DNA of 64,000 bases, taken from assembly GCA_002269645.1 (NCBI GenBank), contig NIVC01001499.1, positions 248,001 through 312,000 on the forward strand. Direction: 5' to 3'. The stretch comes from Macrostomum lignano (lineage: Eukaryota). The notes below the pieces were generated by a model. That model made no database searches and was not told the origin of the DNA. It saw only the letters and a list, made by a program, of their open reading frames with translations. This document shows positions 1 through 11,664 of this stretch, piece after piece (the first letter of the stretch is position 1; each line of letters begins with the position of its first letter). The position numbers and the translations under genes are program-made.

Positions 1-770
1 TGTCTATAGTCTATGGGTAGACTCTTAGTTTTCATGGCTACATGTGTATAGTCTATGGGTAGACTCTGCCATGGCTGCTTGTCTATAGTCTATGAGTAGA
101 CTAATTGTCATGGCTAATTGTCTATAGTCTATGGTAGACTCTAATTGCCATGGCTACTTGTCTATAGTCTATGGGTAGACTAATTGTCATGGCTACTTGT
201 CTATAGTCTATGGGTAGACTCTAATTCCCATGGCTACTTGTCTATAGCCTATGGGTAGACTAATTGTCATGGCTACTTGTCTATAGTCTATGGGTAGACT
301 CTAATTGCCATGGCTACCTGTCTATAGTCTATGGGTAGACTCTAATTGCCATGGCTACTTGTCTATAGTCTATGGTTAGACTCTAATTGCCATGGCTACC
401 TGTCTATAGTCTATGGGTAGACTCTAATTGCCATGGCTACTTGTCTATAGTCTATGGGTAGGCTCTAATTGTCATGGCTATTTGTCTATAGTCTATGGGT
501 AGATTCTAATTGCCATGGCTACTTGTCTATAGTCTATGGGTAGGCTCTAATTGTCATGGCTATTTGTCTATAGTCTATGGTTAGACTCTAATTGCCATGG
601 CTACCTGTCTATAGTCTATGGTAGACTCTAATTGCCATGGCTACTTGTCTATAGCCTATGGGTAGACTAATTGTCATGGCTACTTGTCTATAGTCTATGG
701 GTAGGCTCTAATTGTCATGGCTATTTGTCTATAGTCTATGGGTAGGCTCTAATTGTCATGACTACTTGTC
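1..770. repeat. ~41-bp minisatellite (TGTCTATAGTCTATGGGTAGACTCTAATTGCCATGGCTACT)n, probably in an intron of the TTC14-like gene; runs off the window start
   Basis: About 18-19 near-identical 39-41 bp units read directly; the array ends ~40 nt before the acceptor at 808-809. Confidence 0.95.
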
Positions 771-809
771 CATAGTTTTTAATAAGCCTATTCAAATTGC
801 ATTAAACAG

Positions 810-1557
810 TCATGCTCAGAAAGGCAACACAAAATCGGCAATGCTATGCTGCATCCGAGCACTTCATCTGGATCCTAAACTTCAACAAGCCAGTCAGTTT
901 CTCAAAGACGCTCGTGCTGTAAGTTAAATAAATTCAACTGTTAATGCTTTTACAATATTTTTTCTTACAAAACTTTGAATATTTACACATATTATTTTAG
1001 ACTAACTTTACCGAAGCTGAAATGCTTCAACTCTACTATCGTTCTCTAGTAGAAGCTAATGGCGACGAAGCTGTCTTATCTGAACGCTTGTTGGCCGTTT
1101 ATAAAGAATTTTCCGATTCGGCTGCTGAGGCTGAGTCTACCGATGCTGCTGCGACTGCTGCTGCGTCTGAGTCGGCTGGGCCTCATGCAGCCACTGTTAG
1201 CGAAAGGTAATAAAATGAAAAGTGGGACAGGCAGACAGACACTAAAACATTCGGACAGGCTGATATAACAGACAGATACAGAGACAGACTGACTGATACA
1301 AGCAGACGAAGTGATAGACAGACCCTAAGGCAGACAGACAGACACAGATTGACCCTAAGACAGACCCTAAGGCAGACAGACAGACACAGATTGACCCTAA
1401 GACAGACCCTAAGGCAGACAGACAGACACAGATTGACAGACAGATAGACAGACCCTAAGGCAGACAGACAGACACAGATTGACAGACAGATAGACAGACC
1501 CTAAGACAGACAGACACAGATTGACAGACAGACACTAAGACAGACAGACAGATAGCC

Positions 1558-1594
<37 letters not shown>

Positions 1595-4500
1595 TACTAA
1601 GACAGATAGACAGACATTAACACAGACAGACAAAGAGATAGACAGGTACTAAAACAGACAGTGATAGACAGACACTAAAACAGACGGACAGACAGATAGA
1701 CGAATATGATTGACAAGTACATGTAGATAGACGAATATGATTGACAAGTACATGTAGATGGACGCTGACTCTGATACGCTAAAATGCCTTCCCTTTTCCA
1801 GTTCCAGTCGGCGTCATAGTCACCCCGCCACCGCCGCTGATCCTGATAACAGTCAGCATGAAAGAATCGACGTCGAACGCAAACGTAACGTGTCGCACCG
1901 ATCCGACAGCCAGCATCGTCGGCGACAGGAGCGCAAACGACGCTCGTCGAGCTTGTCGCCTCCGCCGTCGCACCAGCAGCAGTCGGAGTCTTTGCTTCTA
2001 GCTCCGCCTTGTCCTCCCGTGGCCACTCAGTTATCATCGTCTTCTTCGTCATCAATTACTCGACGATTCGATCAACCAACGCAATCGTCGACGCTGCCTC
2101 ACGCGCTTCGACGGCCGTCGGATGAATTCACTGCTGCTGCTAGCATGAAGAACAAAGAGCGCGGATTTGCCGCCTTAGAGCGAGCCTATGAGCGAAAGCG
2201 ATCAAACAAAGATAGTAGAAGCCCATCTGGGTCTTCAACTTCCCGTTCATCGTCTAGTAGTTCGGATAAGAATCGTCGCAGACGCAGTCGTAAACGCGAT
2301 CTTAAAGATGAACAGAAATCGCACAGCAAGAAGATCAAACAGCGTCAGGTTAGCCGAGATAGATTTGATCGATATTCAGAGCAAAGTCCTAAGTTTGACG
2401 ACACGGAAAGTCGTCACTTTCGCAAAGAGCCTACTCGTTCGAGTCGGTATGATCAAGATCGTTCCGGCAGAGAAGAATATAACAGACCATCGAGTCCTTA
2501 TGACAGAGAAAGTCGCAAACGATTCGACAGACCTTTGAGTCCTCGTGAAAGAGAAAGTCGCGATCGATTCGACAGACCCTTGAGTCCTCGTGGCAGAGAA
2601 AGTCGCGATCGATTCGACAGACCCTTGAGTCCTCGTGGCAGAGAAAGTCGCGATCGATTCGACAGACCCTTGAGTCCTCGTGGCAGAGAAGCGACTCGAT
2701 TCGACAGACCCTTGAGTCCTCGTGGCAGAGAAAGTCGCGATCGATTCGACAGACCCTTGAGTCCTCGTGGCAGAGAAAGTCGCGATCGATTCGACAGACC
2801 CTTGAGTCCTCGTGGCAGAGAAAGTCGCGATCGATTCGACAGACCCTTGAGTCCTCGTGGCAGAGAAAGTCGCGAACGATTCGACAGACCCTTGAGTCCT
2901 CGTGGCAGAGAAAGTCGCGAACGATTCGACAGACGACAAAGTCCCCAAGACAGGGTTAGTGAACGCACTGACGGACATCAGAGTCCTCAGGACAGGGAAA
3001 ACCTTAAACGGTTCGACAGGCATCAAAGTCATCTAGAAAGAAGCCGTGAGCTACATAGTTCTAGAGACAGAGTAACTCAAGAACGTTTTCACGAGAGTTA
3101 CGAGAGTTCCCAAGAAAAAAGTCGCAAGCACTTTGACAAGCGATCAAGTCCTCGAACTCGGGGCAAGGAAGGCTTCGACAGGCCAAAGAGTCCTCCAGAC
3201 AGTGGTCGTGAGCACTTTGATAGACGATCGAGTTCGCTCGACCGAGAAGCTCGCTTTGACAGACGTCAGAGTTCCCAGGACGGGGAAGGTCGTAGGCAAC
3301 CTCGCTTAAGCAGAGATTCCACTATCCATTCAGATCGAGATCGGTTTACCACAGAATCAAGACGCAGTCAGAGAGATGACGATCGCAAGGACAGGCGGAA
3401 AGATACTGAAAGATACGAGTATCGGGATAGTGGCAGTAGTCGACACGCTCAGCACTATATTCCCGGTCCCGACACAGTCGAAGAAGCTGATATGGACATA
3501 TCGCCTGGAGGTTCGCCGCCTCCAGGATGCTCTATGGATACCATGGCAGGACACCAGCCAACTGTGTTAAGCCACCCAGAGAGTGCAACTTCACGATTTT
3601 CCATGAACATACGTTCAAGACTTGGACCAGCTAACAGTCAGCCGCAGTCTGGCAGTTCGCCAGCGCCAGAGGACGAAGTGCGTCGAGTTGTGCTGCTCAA
3701 ACCCGCAGACAAATTGCCAGAGTCCACGACGACTGTACGGAAAGAAGCCAGAGATGAGGCAGCCAGTATTGGTGGCGATTTTATGGAGTTTGAGAGTGAG
3801 TTTCAACTGCTGTATTTTCGAATACTTTCGGATTGTTGGCTAGGTTATTGGCTTTTTTACTGCTTCCTTTTGGCTAATGTATTGGCTTCCTATTGACTAG
3901 TTTATTTGCTTCCTAATGGCTAGTTTATTGGCTTCCTATTGGCTAGTTTATTGGCTTCTTATTGGCTAGTTTATTGGCTTCCTAATGGCTAGTTTATTGG
4001 CTTCCTAATGGCTAGTTTATTGGCTTCCTATTGACTAGTTTATTGGCTTCCTATTGACTAGTTTATTGGCTTCCTAATGGCTAGTTTATTGGCTTCCTAC
4101 TGGCTAGTTTATTGGCTTCCATTGGCTAGTTTATTGGCTTCCTAATGGCTAGATTATTGGCTTCCTATTGGCTAGTTTATTGGCTTCCTACTGGCTAGTT
4201 TATTGGCTTCCATTGGCTAGTTTATTGGCTTCCTAATGGCTAGATTATTGGCTTCCTATTGGCTAGTTTATTGGCTTCCTAATGGCTAGATTATTGGCTT
4301 CCTATTGGCTAGTTTATTGGCTTCCTAATGGCTAGATTATTGGCTTCCTATTGGCTAGTTTAGTGGCTTCCTAATGGCTAGTTTAGTGGCTTCCTATTGG
4401 CTAGTTTATTGGCTTCCTATTGGCTAGTTTATTGGCTTCCTATTGGCTAGTTTATTGGCTTCCTATTGGCTAGTTTATTAACTTCATGTTAGCCAGTGCT

Positions 4501-7096
4501 GGTTACTAAAGTTTATGTTTTTTTTCGATTGTTCATGATTTCTAGATTTTATCATTCGCAAGTCAGGCCCACAACAGTCAGATCAGAAGCAGCAAAAGCA
4601 GCTTGAAGAACAACAGAAGCAATCGTCGAAATCGTCTGATTATAATCGAGCTTCAGATTCAACTGCCGCGTCAGCTGATAGTCGGGTAATTAATCACTCC
4701 TATACGATATTTCCTATCAATTGATTTGTAAAATTTAGAGTATTATAATGCTACTATTCAGTAGTGTATCTAAAATTTCTAAAATATTTTTACCTTTAGT
4801 ACAAAACATGCATCTATAATACTCCTAAGAGTTGTAGCCTAGTGGTTAGAGCATCGGACTGACGACTGAAAGGTCGGGGGTTCAATTCTAGACCCAATCG
4901 GAACAATTTGTGTCCTTGAGCAAGACACTTAACTCTGCATTGCTTCAGTTCACCCAGCTGTAAAATGGGTGCCAGCATTAGCTGGGGTAATTGAGGCTGT
5001 GTGGCGACCCCCCCCCCAGTCCTTGGACTGAACAGCCGTACGCAGCCTTCAGATTCGCCGCGCAATAGCTGCGGCTGAGCTGTCGGTTGCACATCTGGCT
5101 CAATTGGAGCACTACTTCGGTTAGCTATGTCTAGGCTTAGGCTGTACGTGGCCTGTTACTTTTATTATATTCTTTAAGCGAAAAAAATCTTTAAGCTCAA
5201 GTATTATACGGTATACTCCAAGAGGACAGGCAAAGCATTATTAAGCTGTCATTCATTTGATTGCGTGTTGCTCTTCAGAGGCAAGTTAATTGCAGCGAGA
5301 ATCTTTTCTTCGTTAAGCCGCTTTTCCTGCTAGAAAGAAAATCTTTTACTGTTTTGTGAATCGGTTTTAGCTAATCAGCTAATTTGATTAGGTAGTGGCG
5401 TGCGCTGTTAGCTTTTAGTGGCTTTGTTCTCATAACTTTTTTAATATGCTGCTAGCCATTGTTTTGCAGACAGACTTAGTGATTGATTCACAGACAGACT
5501 TTGTGATTGATTCACAGACAGACTTAGTGATTGATTCACAGACAGACTTAGTGATTGGTTCACAGACAGACTTAGTGATCGATTCACAGACAGACTTAGT
5601 GATTGATTCACAGACAGACTTAGTGATTGATTCATAGACAGACTTAGTGATTGGTTCACAGACAGACTTAGTGATTGATTCATAGACAGACTTAGTGATT
5701 GGTTCACAGACAGACTTAGTGATTGATTCACAGACAGACTTAGTGATTGATTCACAGACAGACTTAGTGATTGATTCATAGACAGACTTAGTGATCGATT
5801 CACAGACAGACTTAGTGATTGATTCACAGACAGACTTAGTGATTGATTCACAGACAGACTTAGTGATTGATTCACAGACAGACGTTTTAAGAGTTTTATA
5901 AAGGAAGTATTATGTGTTTTTTATTGGCATCTCCTCAAAATTCCCATCATTTCACTGTCCAGGTACAACTACTATGGAAGCCTCTACAGCCATCTGGATC
6001 TGTCTCCAGCTCCAGAGGTCGCAGATCTTCCCCTACAGCAGCTGTTGCCTCCGCTACAACTCGGGACAGCGCATCGGGCAGTAAAAGCAGCAGAAAAGAC
6101 GACAGTAGTGGCGCATCCAAGTTCGTACCGGTTGTTCCTGCCGCAGCCGACGCGTCATCCTCTGACAAACGCTCTGCCGAACGAATTTCTCAGTCTACTA
6201 TTCAGCAGAGAATTCGCGAAATTGAAGACCGTCATCGCAAATATTCGCCTAATGCTAGAGAGCAGCGTTGGTCACCTAAGCAGCAACTAATTAAGCAGGA
6301 GAAGCAACCGGAAGAAACACAGCATCAGCAGCAATTGCCGCAACAGCCATCTCAGCGACATCATTTGCATCCTCGATTTTATAATAATTCTTCAATAAAT
6401 CGCGTTCCGAGTCCTAAACTGCCGCGTCAGTCTCAGTATCAGCAGCGTCTTCAACCCGATGTTTCGCCTCGCGATTCACGCGACAATCGACGCTATCAGT
6501 CTAGAGATAGCCGTAGCCGTAGCCGTAGTCGTGGTCGTAGCCGTAGTCGTGGCCGTAGCCGTAGTCAAAGCTACAGCCGAAGCCGCAGCCGGAGTCCGTA
6601 TCGCTTCGCGGGCTATCGCCCTTGGCAGCCGCGCGGCTGGCACAGAGGCAGGGGCAGGGGCCGAGGCGGAGCCTACCGAGGCTACAGAGGAGGCGGCTAT
6701 AATCGCTATCATAATAATCCTCGCTCTAGGTCCCGTTCGAGGTCCCGTTCAATTTCCCGCTCGAGATCCCGATCCAGAAATCGATCCCGCTCGCTATCTC
6801 GTTCGCCTCATTTTACTCGAGCCGGCGTTGTGCCTCTGCCTACTACTACAAATACTACTTCTACTACTAGTAGTACTAATAGAAAGCGAAACGACAAAAA
6901 AGAATTGCCGAAAGAGAAGTCGCCGAAAAAGGATTTACCAATCAAGTCGCCGACGCCTTCAGCATCAGCAGCCTCGCCCGAAGCCGCCGCAGTCGCCGAG
7001 TCTAAACGAAGTCCTCATCCAGAAGAGACGCTGGCGGACTTGGAAAATTTCCTTGCCGAATTGAAGCAGAAAAAACGAGACATCGATTTGGATTAA
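810..7096 (+). CDS. TPR-containing, RS/RD-rich protein, TTC14-like; 5'-partial; join(<810..918,1001..1206,1802..3795,4546..4685,5963..7096)
   Basis: Four GT-AG introns with matching phases (0,2,1,0) give one frame of ~1193 aa. The TPR helix pair HAQKGNTKSAMLCCIRALHLDPKLQQASQFL resembles the TTC14 TPR as I recall it (YATKG...A...AL...P...A..YL). It is followed by long RS/RD low-complexity regions and ends ...LADLENFLAELKQKKRDIDLD*. Gene structure is well supported; orthology is moderate. Confidence 0.75.
1230..1757. repeat. (GACA)n-based microsatellite/minisatellite in intron 1207-1801
   Basis: GACA runs with recurring GACCCTAAGGCAGACAGACAGACACAGATT blocks. Confidence 0.9.
2515..2935 (+). repeat. 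In-frame coding 45-bp tandem repeat (15 aa, RFDRPLSPRGRESRD), ~9 copies
   Basis: Near-identical 45-nt units inside exon 1802-3795, with one shortened in-frame copy; degenerate copies continue downstream. Confidence 0.95.
3890..4490. repeat. 23-bp minisatellite (TTGGCTTCCTATTGGCTAGTTTA)n in intron 3796-4545
   Basis: About 25 units read directly. Confidence 0.95.
4829..5100 (+). mobile_element. tRNA-derived SINE, family A, copy with intact head
   Basis: Pol III A-box TAGTGGTTAGA (4840) and B-box GGTTCAATTC (4879). Body TTGTGTCCTTGAGCAAGACACTTAAC...CAGTTCACCCAGCTGTAAAATGGGTGCCAGC is shared with the copy at ~23110. Confidence 0.85.
5465..5882. repeat. 24-bp minisatellite (CAGACAGACTTAGTGATTGATTCA)n in intron 4686-5962
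   Basis: About 17 units. Confidence 0.95.
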
Positions 7097-7489
7097 AAAT
7101 GCATGTTACAGTTGACGCGTTTTCTAAACTGGCACGGTTTTAGAATGAAAAAAGACTATGTTAAATAAGTATATTGGCATATGTATTAATGTTCGCTTTG
7201 ATATTAGTCTCAATTCAACTCTTTTTTCAGTAGTTTCTCTGCGCATTGTCACTAAAATTTAATGTGAGGCAGCTAAAATCTCCTTTCCATTCCTCGGAGT
7301 TTGCGGTCTTAGTAGACTATATTGAAAAAAAATCGGTTTAGGCATTCAGGCTGTACACTGTAATACCGGTCAGACTAGACCTTAGAAATTTAGTATATTG
7401 ATATGGGGGTTAAGCATGAACAACAAGCATTTAACTTTTACATCAGTGAACGCCAGACAAGACGAGACTCAGTCTAGGGGGGACAGGCC

Positions 7490-7900
7490 CAATCTATCTC
7501 AGCCAATCAGAAAGCAGTAAGAAGAGAAGTCAGTCAGCCGGGGGGGGGGCAAACCCAATCCAGCTCAGCCAATGAGAGAGCAGTAAGGAGAGAGGACAAG
7601 TCAGACGGACGAAAGTCAGTCTGAGGGGCGGCCCGATCCAGCTCAGCCAATGAAAGAGCAGTAAGGAGAGAGGACAAGTCAGACGGACGAAAGTCAGTCT
7701 GAGGGGCGGCCCGATATAGCTCAGCCAATGAAAGAGCAGTAAGGAGAGAGGACAAGTCAGACGGACGAAAGCCAGTCTGAGGGGCGGCCCGATCCAGCTC
7801 AACCAATGAAAGAGCAGTGAGGAGAGAGGTCAAAGTCAGATAAACAAAAGTTAGCCGGGGCGGGGGGCAGGCCCAATCTAGCTCAGCCAATGAGAGAGCA
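7490..7900. repeat. 78-bp tandem repeat (~5 units) with a CCAAT box, a GC-box-like motif and a GAAA-capped hairpin
   Basis: Period 78 (7621 to 7699); unit contains AGCCAATG, GGGGCGG and TCAGAC-G-GAC-GAAA-GTC-A-GTCTGA. Confidence 0.85.
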
Positions 7901-8789
7901 GCAAGAAATAGAATAGATACCTTGCACTTTGAAGCTGCTACTCTGTAAGCGGTGGTAAATGCACATTTTCCTAGGTTTTTAATAATCAAATTTCAGCCAA
8001 TTAATTTTAAAGCAATTTTAGCGGTTTAAAGAAATTTGTACAACTAATTGTTCTTCTCTGCGCTCTCCTGTTTAATTGATTCGCATCCTAATTTACTAAT
8101 CTCCGATAATAATTACAATAATTACAGTAGTAAATGTTTGTCTGTCAATAAAATAACTAATTATAATTATACTAGTTGTTAGCACGTAGTTGTACACGTA
8201 AAATACGAATTTAATAAATTAATAATAATAATAAAATTCACTTTTACTCGTTAAATTTTTGAAATTTCTTTACTAATTCTTGTCTTTATATTTTTGCTAG
8301 GGTAGTGTTCGCGACAATGATTGAGCTGCATCCGCGTTGTTATTAGTGTACTAATACTAAATATTGGCAACCTTAGTACCCATTGGTTAGTGAACCCCTT
8401 AGTATCACGGATGTAGTCTCAATGCCAGTATTGGTGACCTTATGTAATTTATAGACTGAAAATGTCGCTCTTAGAATACAATAATCAATAAAACAAGGAT
8501 TATTACGAATTTAATGATCCGTGGATTGGCTATTTTTATACTCGGCTAAAGTCAATTTATATGTAATAGAAGTTAAATTGATTATCTACAATAATATATT
8601 TATATACATACGCCTCTTTTCTAGGATGCTTAAAGTAATAAATCCTGACACAAATAAAAGGAGAGTCGGTTTTCATACAAATGGAAGCTGAGAGTCGACT
8701 CAATTCCATTTCTTTGCATCGTTATCTGCAGCTCAGACAATGCAACAACAACAATAGTACTAATAGTAGTACCCGACCGAAAATATTTG

Positions 8790-9735
8790 TCCTTTCAAAA
8801 ACAGTAAGTGTGCCAGTTGTGCCACAAATATGCCCTTTGACAGAGTTATAAATGTCTTTGTATGTCATATTTGGCATACTTGATACAATTGTACCAATTG
8901 TGCCGTAGCTATGCCATTTGGCACAGTTTGTAAATGTCGATGTATGTCCTATTTGGCACACTTGACACAAATAGTATTTTTACTGCTAATTGGCCAATGA
9001 AACCAATTGGCACACTTAACACACTTGCTACAATTGTGCCAGTTGTGCCACAGCCATACCATTTAGCACAGTTATAAATGTCTTTGTATCTCCCATTTGG
9101 CACACCTGGCACAAATAACCTTTTTATAGCTAATTGCCCTTGGAAACCATTTGGCACACTTGGCGCACTTACTACAAGTGTACCAGTTGTGCCACAGCTA
9201 TACTATTTGACACAGTTATATATGTCTTGGACTGTCCTTCTTGGCACACTTGGCACGAATATCCTTTTTATAGCTAATTGGTTATTAAAACAGACTGGCA
9301 CACTTGGCACACATGCTACAATTGTACCAGTTGTGCCACAGCTATACTATTTGACACAGTTATATATGTCTTGGACTGTCCTTCTTGGCACACTTGGCAC
9401 GAATATCCTTTTTATAGCTAATTGGTTATTAAAACAGACTGGCACACTTGGCACACATGCTACAATTGTACCAGTTGTGCCACAGCTATACTATTTGACA
9501 CAGTTATATATGTCTTGGACTGTCCTTCTTGGCACACTTGGCACGAATATCCTTTTTATAGCTAATTGGTTATTAAAACAGACTGGCACACTTGGCACAC
9601 ATGCTACAATTGTACCAGTTGTGCCACAGCTATGACATAATTGGCACAGTTATATGTCTTTGTCCTTCTTGGCACACTTGGCTCAAATAACCTTTTTTAT
9701 TGCTAATTACTAACAAAACTATTTGGCACACACCT
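8790..9735. repeat. 144-bp TGGCAC/GTGCCA-rich tandem repeat (~3 near-perfect plus several degenerate units)
   Basis: Period 144 (9241 to 9385 to 9529). Confidence 0.9.
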
Positions 9736-9759
9736 GGTGCAACTTGCACTGAGGCTGCG

Positions 9760-10601
9760 ACGTCAGTAGCTTCGATTTCGGCAGATGACCGGCAGGTTTT
9801 CACTCCCAACTTGCGGCATGATCTGCTCAGACGCTCGAAAATGGCGCAACCGCGTTTGATTGACGCCATTACAAAAGAACTAAAGCAGCAGATCACGCAG
9901 CATTTCGCCGTCCATCTAGATCAGCTCGTGGACCCAGCCGTCACAGTTGACAACATGCTGGTCGACGACAATGGAAAGAAATTATACCACGGTAAGAAAT
10001 TAATAGTCCTTCATTTATGATCGCGCAAATATCCTATTGTTACTCTCAAACGCTCTTCAATCCTTAAAAAAACACCTCTGCAGCCAATCGGTTTCGCCTT
10101 TACGTCCAACGTCGCTCGGACCAGGGTCACGGCCAGTAAGGATATATCAAGAACCAACGACTCCGGCCAACCTCAATGCACTTCTCCGCGAGATGGTGCG
10201 GGGTGCTTCAGCGACGACGAGATTTTGGTAACGTCGTTGAGCGGTCGCGCTACTGAGCCTGGTCGGCCACGCCTGCTACCTGGCTGGAATCGACATCCCA
10301 ACCAATGAATGCGATTGAAAAGGCCTACGTCCGATGCTCCATCACCGTCAGTCGGCGTGAAAAGCAATCCGGACGTTTGCCTGTAAAGAAACTTCGTCAA
10401 GGTGCGGTTGCCAATGTCACTGACACTGTGCAGTCGGAGGCGGCTAATGCACTCGCGAGGACTGAGCGCGGGATATCTGCTGTTGCATCTAGCAAAACTA
10501 AACTTGTTTGGCAGATGCGGGACCCGTCTAGCTTGGCCTGTCTCCCTCATGTTTCTGGTTTTGTTTTCCCCTGGAAATATGCTCTTTCCCACATAAAGTA
10601 A
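9760..10601 (+). pseudogene. Frameshifted BEN-domain-like gene relic with one retained GT-AG intron (9992-10083)
   Basis: Reading across frameshifts gives LGPGSRPVRIY...NLNALLREMVRG/CFSDDEILVTSLSGRATEPGRPRL.../NAIEKAYVRCSITVSRREK, which fits the BEN pattern (LL..FF..EEL..SSL.G....RP.L). About three frame breaks. Recognised from memory of the motif only. Confidence 0.5.
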
Positions 10602-11289
10602 CAAACTACATTACTATAGTTAGTTCCAGACTCGTAAATTACAATAGCACCAGGAATCAGACTTGTTGTCTAACTAGAAAAGTATAGGGGAACAGAGGTA
10701 TTGGAGTTGGTTTCACTAATTGCTTGTTTTTTATCTAGTTGTTTGTTTGTGCTTTTTAAATTAATACATTAGATGTATACATGTTGTTACATTAAAATCA
10801 TGTGCCACGTGTAGTCGACTCAGTAGTTAATTTGTTACATTGCATGTTATAGTTTCAAATGTATTAGAAGTGTAAACTCTTTGGCTGGCACCACAATTTT
10901 CATGCACCGCGCTTTTTAATTACGTTGTTTTTTGTTTCCTGTCCAATGTCCGCTGTCTGTTATGTTTCTTTCCGTTAACTTCTAGTATGCATTTTTTAAT
11001 TCCGCAGCCTCCCCTTTTTCCTGTTTTATACATGTTTTTGTCCTATTTGCTACTTCCCATTAAATATATACGTACCTGGTATTTATGCAACATCCCTTTT
11101 TCCAACTGTTTCAATCTGTTTATGTTCGCGCTCAACATTTTAAAGTTAAATTTACATTAACAACTCTTTTCAATTTGTCTTCCCTCATTTAAACATGAGA
11201 AGGACTTCTCGCAAAATGTTAGCTACTTCATACATACACTTCATAACTCGTAGTTGACTAACGGGTCAACTATAACAGCATCAGATAGC

Positions 11290-11600
11290 ATATTATGCGC
11301 TTAGTTCAACTGCTTTAAACTGCAAATTCACTCGTCTGGAGAATTTACGCCAAATGGCACAGTACGCGCTAGTTTAACTGCTTCTAGCTGCACATTTACT
11401 CGTATTGTGCCAAATGGTACATTTATGGCACAGTTGTGCACAATTATAAGCACTCAAAAATAGCTGAGACAACTGGCACAGTTGTGGCACAGTTGTGGCA
11501 CAGCAGTGCACAATTAAAAATTTGATTCTTAATTGTGTCACATGTGCCAATTGGCACAGCTTGGCACAGTTATATTTGTGCCAAGCTGTGCCACCAATTG
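11290..11600. repeat. Degenerate TGGCAC/GTGCCA-rich repeat related to 8790-9735
   Basis: Shared motifs CAACTGGCACA / TGTGCCAGTTG in both orientations; perfect 16-bp palindrome TGTGCCAATTGGCACA near 11543. Confidence 0.7.
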
Positions 11601-11664
11601 TCGATTCTCACAAATTTCGTGTCGTTTCGACAGTTATTTTGGGATTCCCCCCAATTCATTTTTT

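Noticed and set aside
1758-3896. 712-aa ORF treated as a stand-alone gene starting at ATG 1758
   Set aside because: A strong acceptor at 1801 joins in phase to the upstream TPR exons, and a GTGAGT donor at 3796 continues to later exons; it is an internal exon.
4829-4900. Functional tRNA gene
   Set aside because: No complete cloverleaf or acceptor stem; the head runs into a repeated SINE body.
7600-7720. Hammerhead ribozyme in a tandem repeat (GGACGAAA and CTGA present)
   Set aside because: CTGAGGG does not fit CUGANGA, and stems I-III cannot be formed; a simple hairpin explains the motif.
9078-9635. 185-aa ORF with 48-aa repeats
   Set aside because: Translation of the 144-bp tandem repeat; no splice or domain support.
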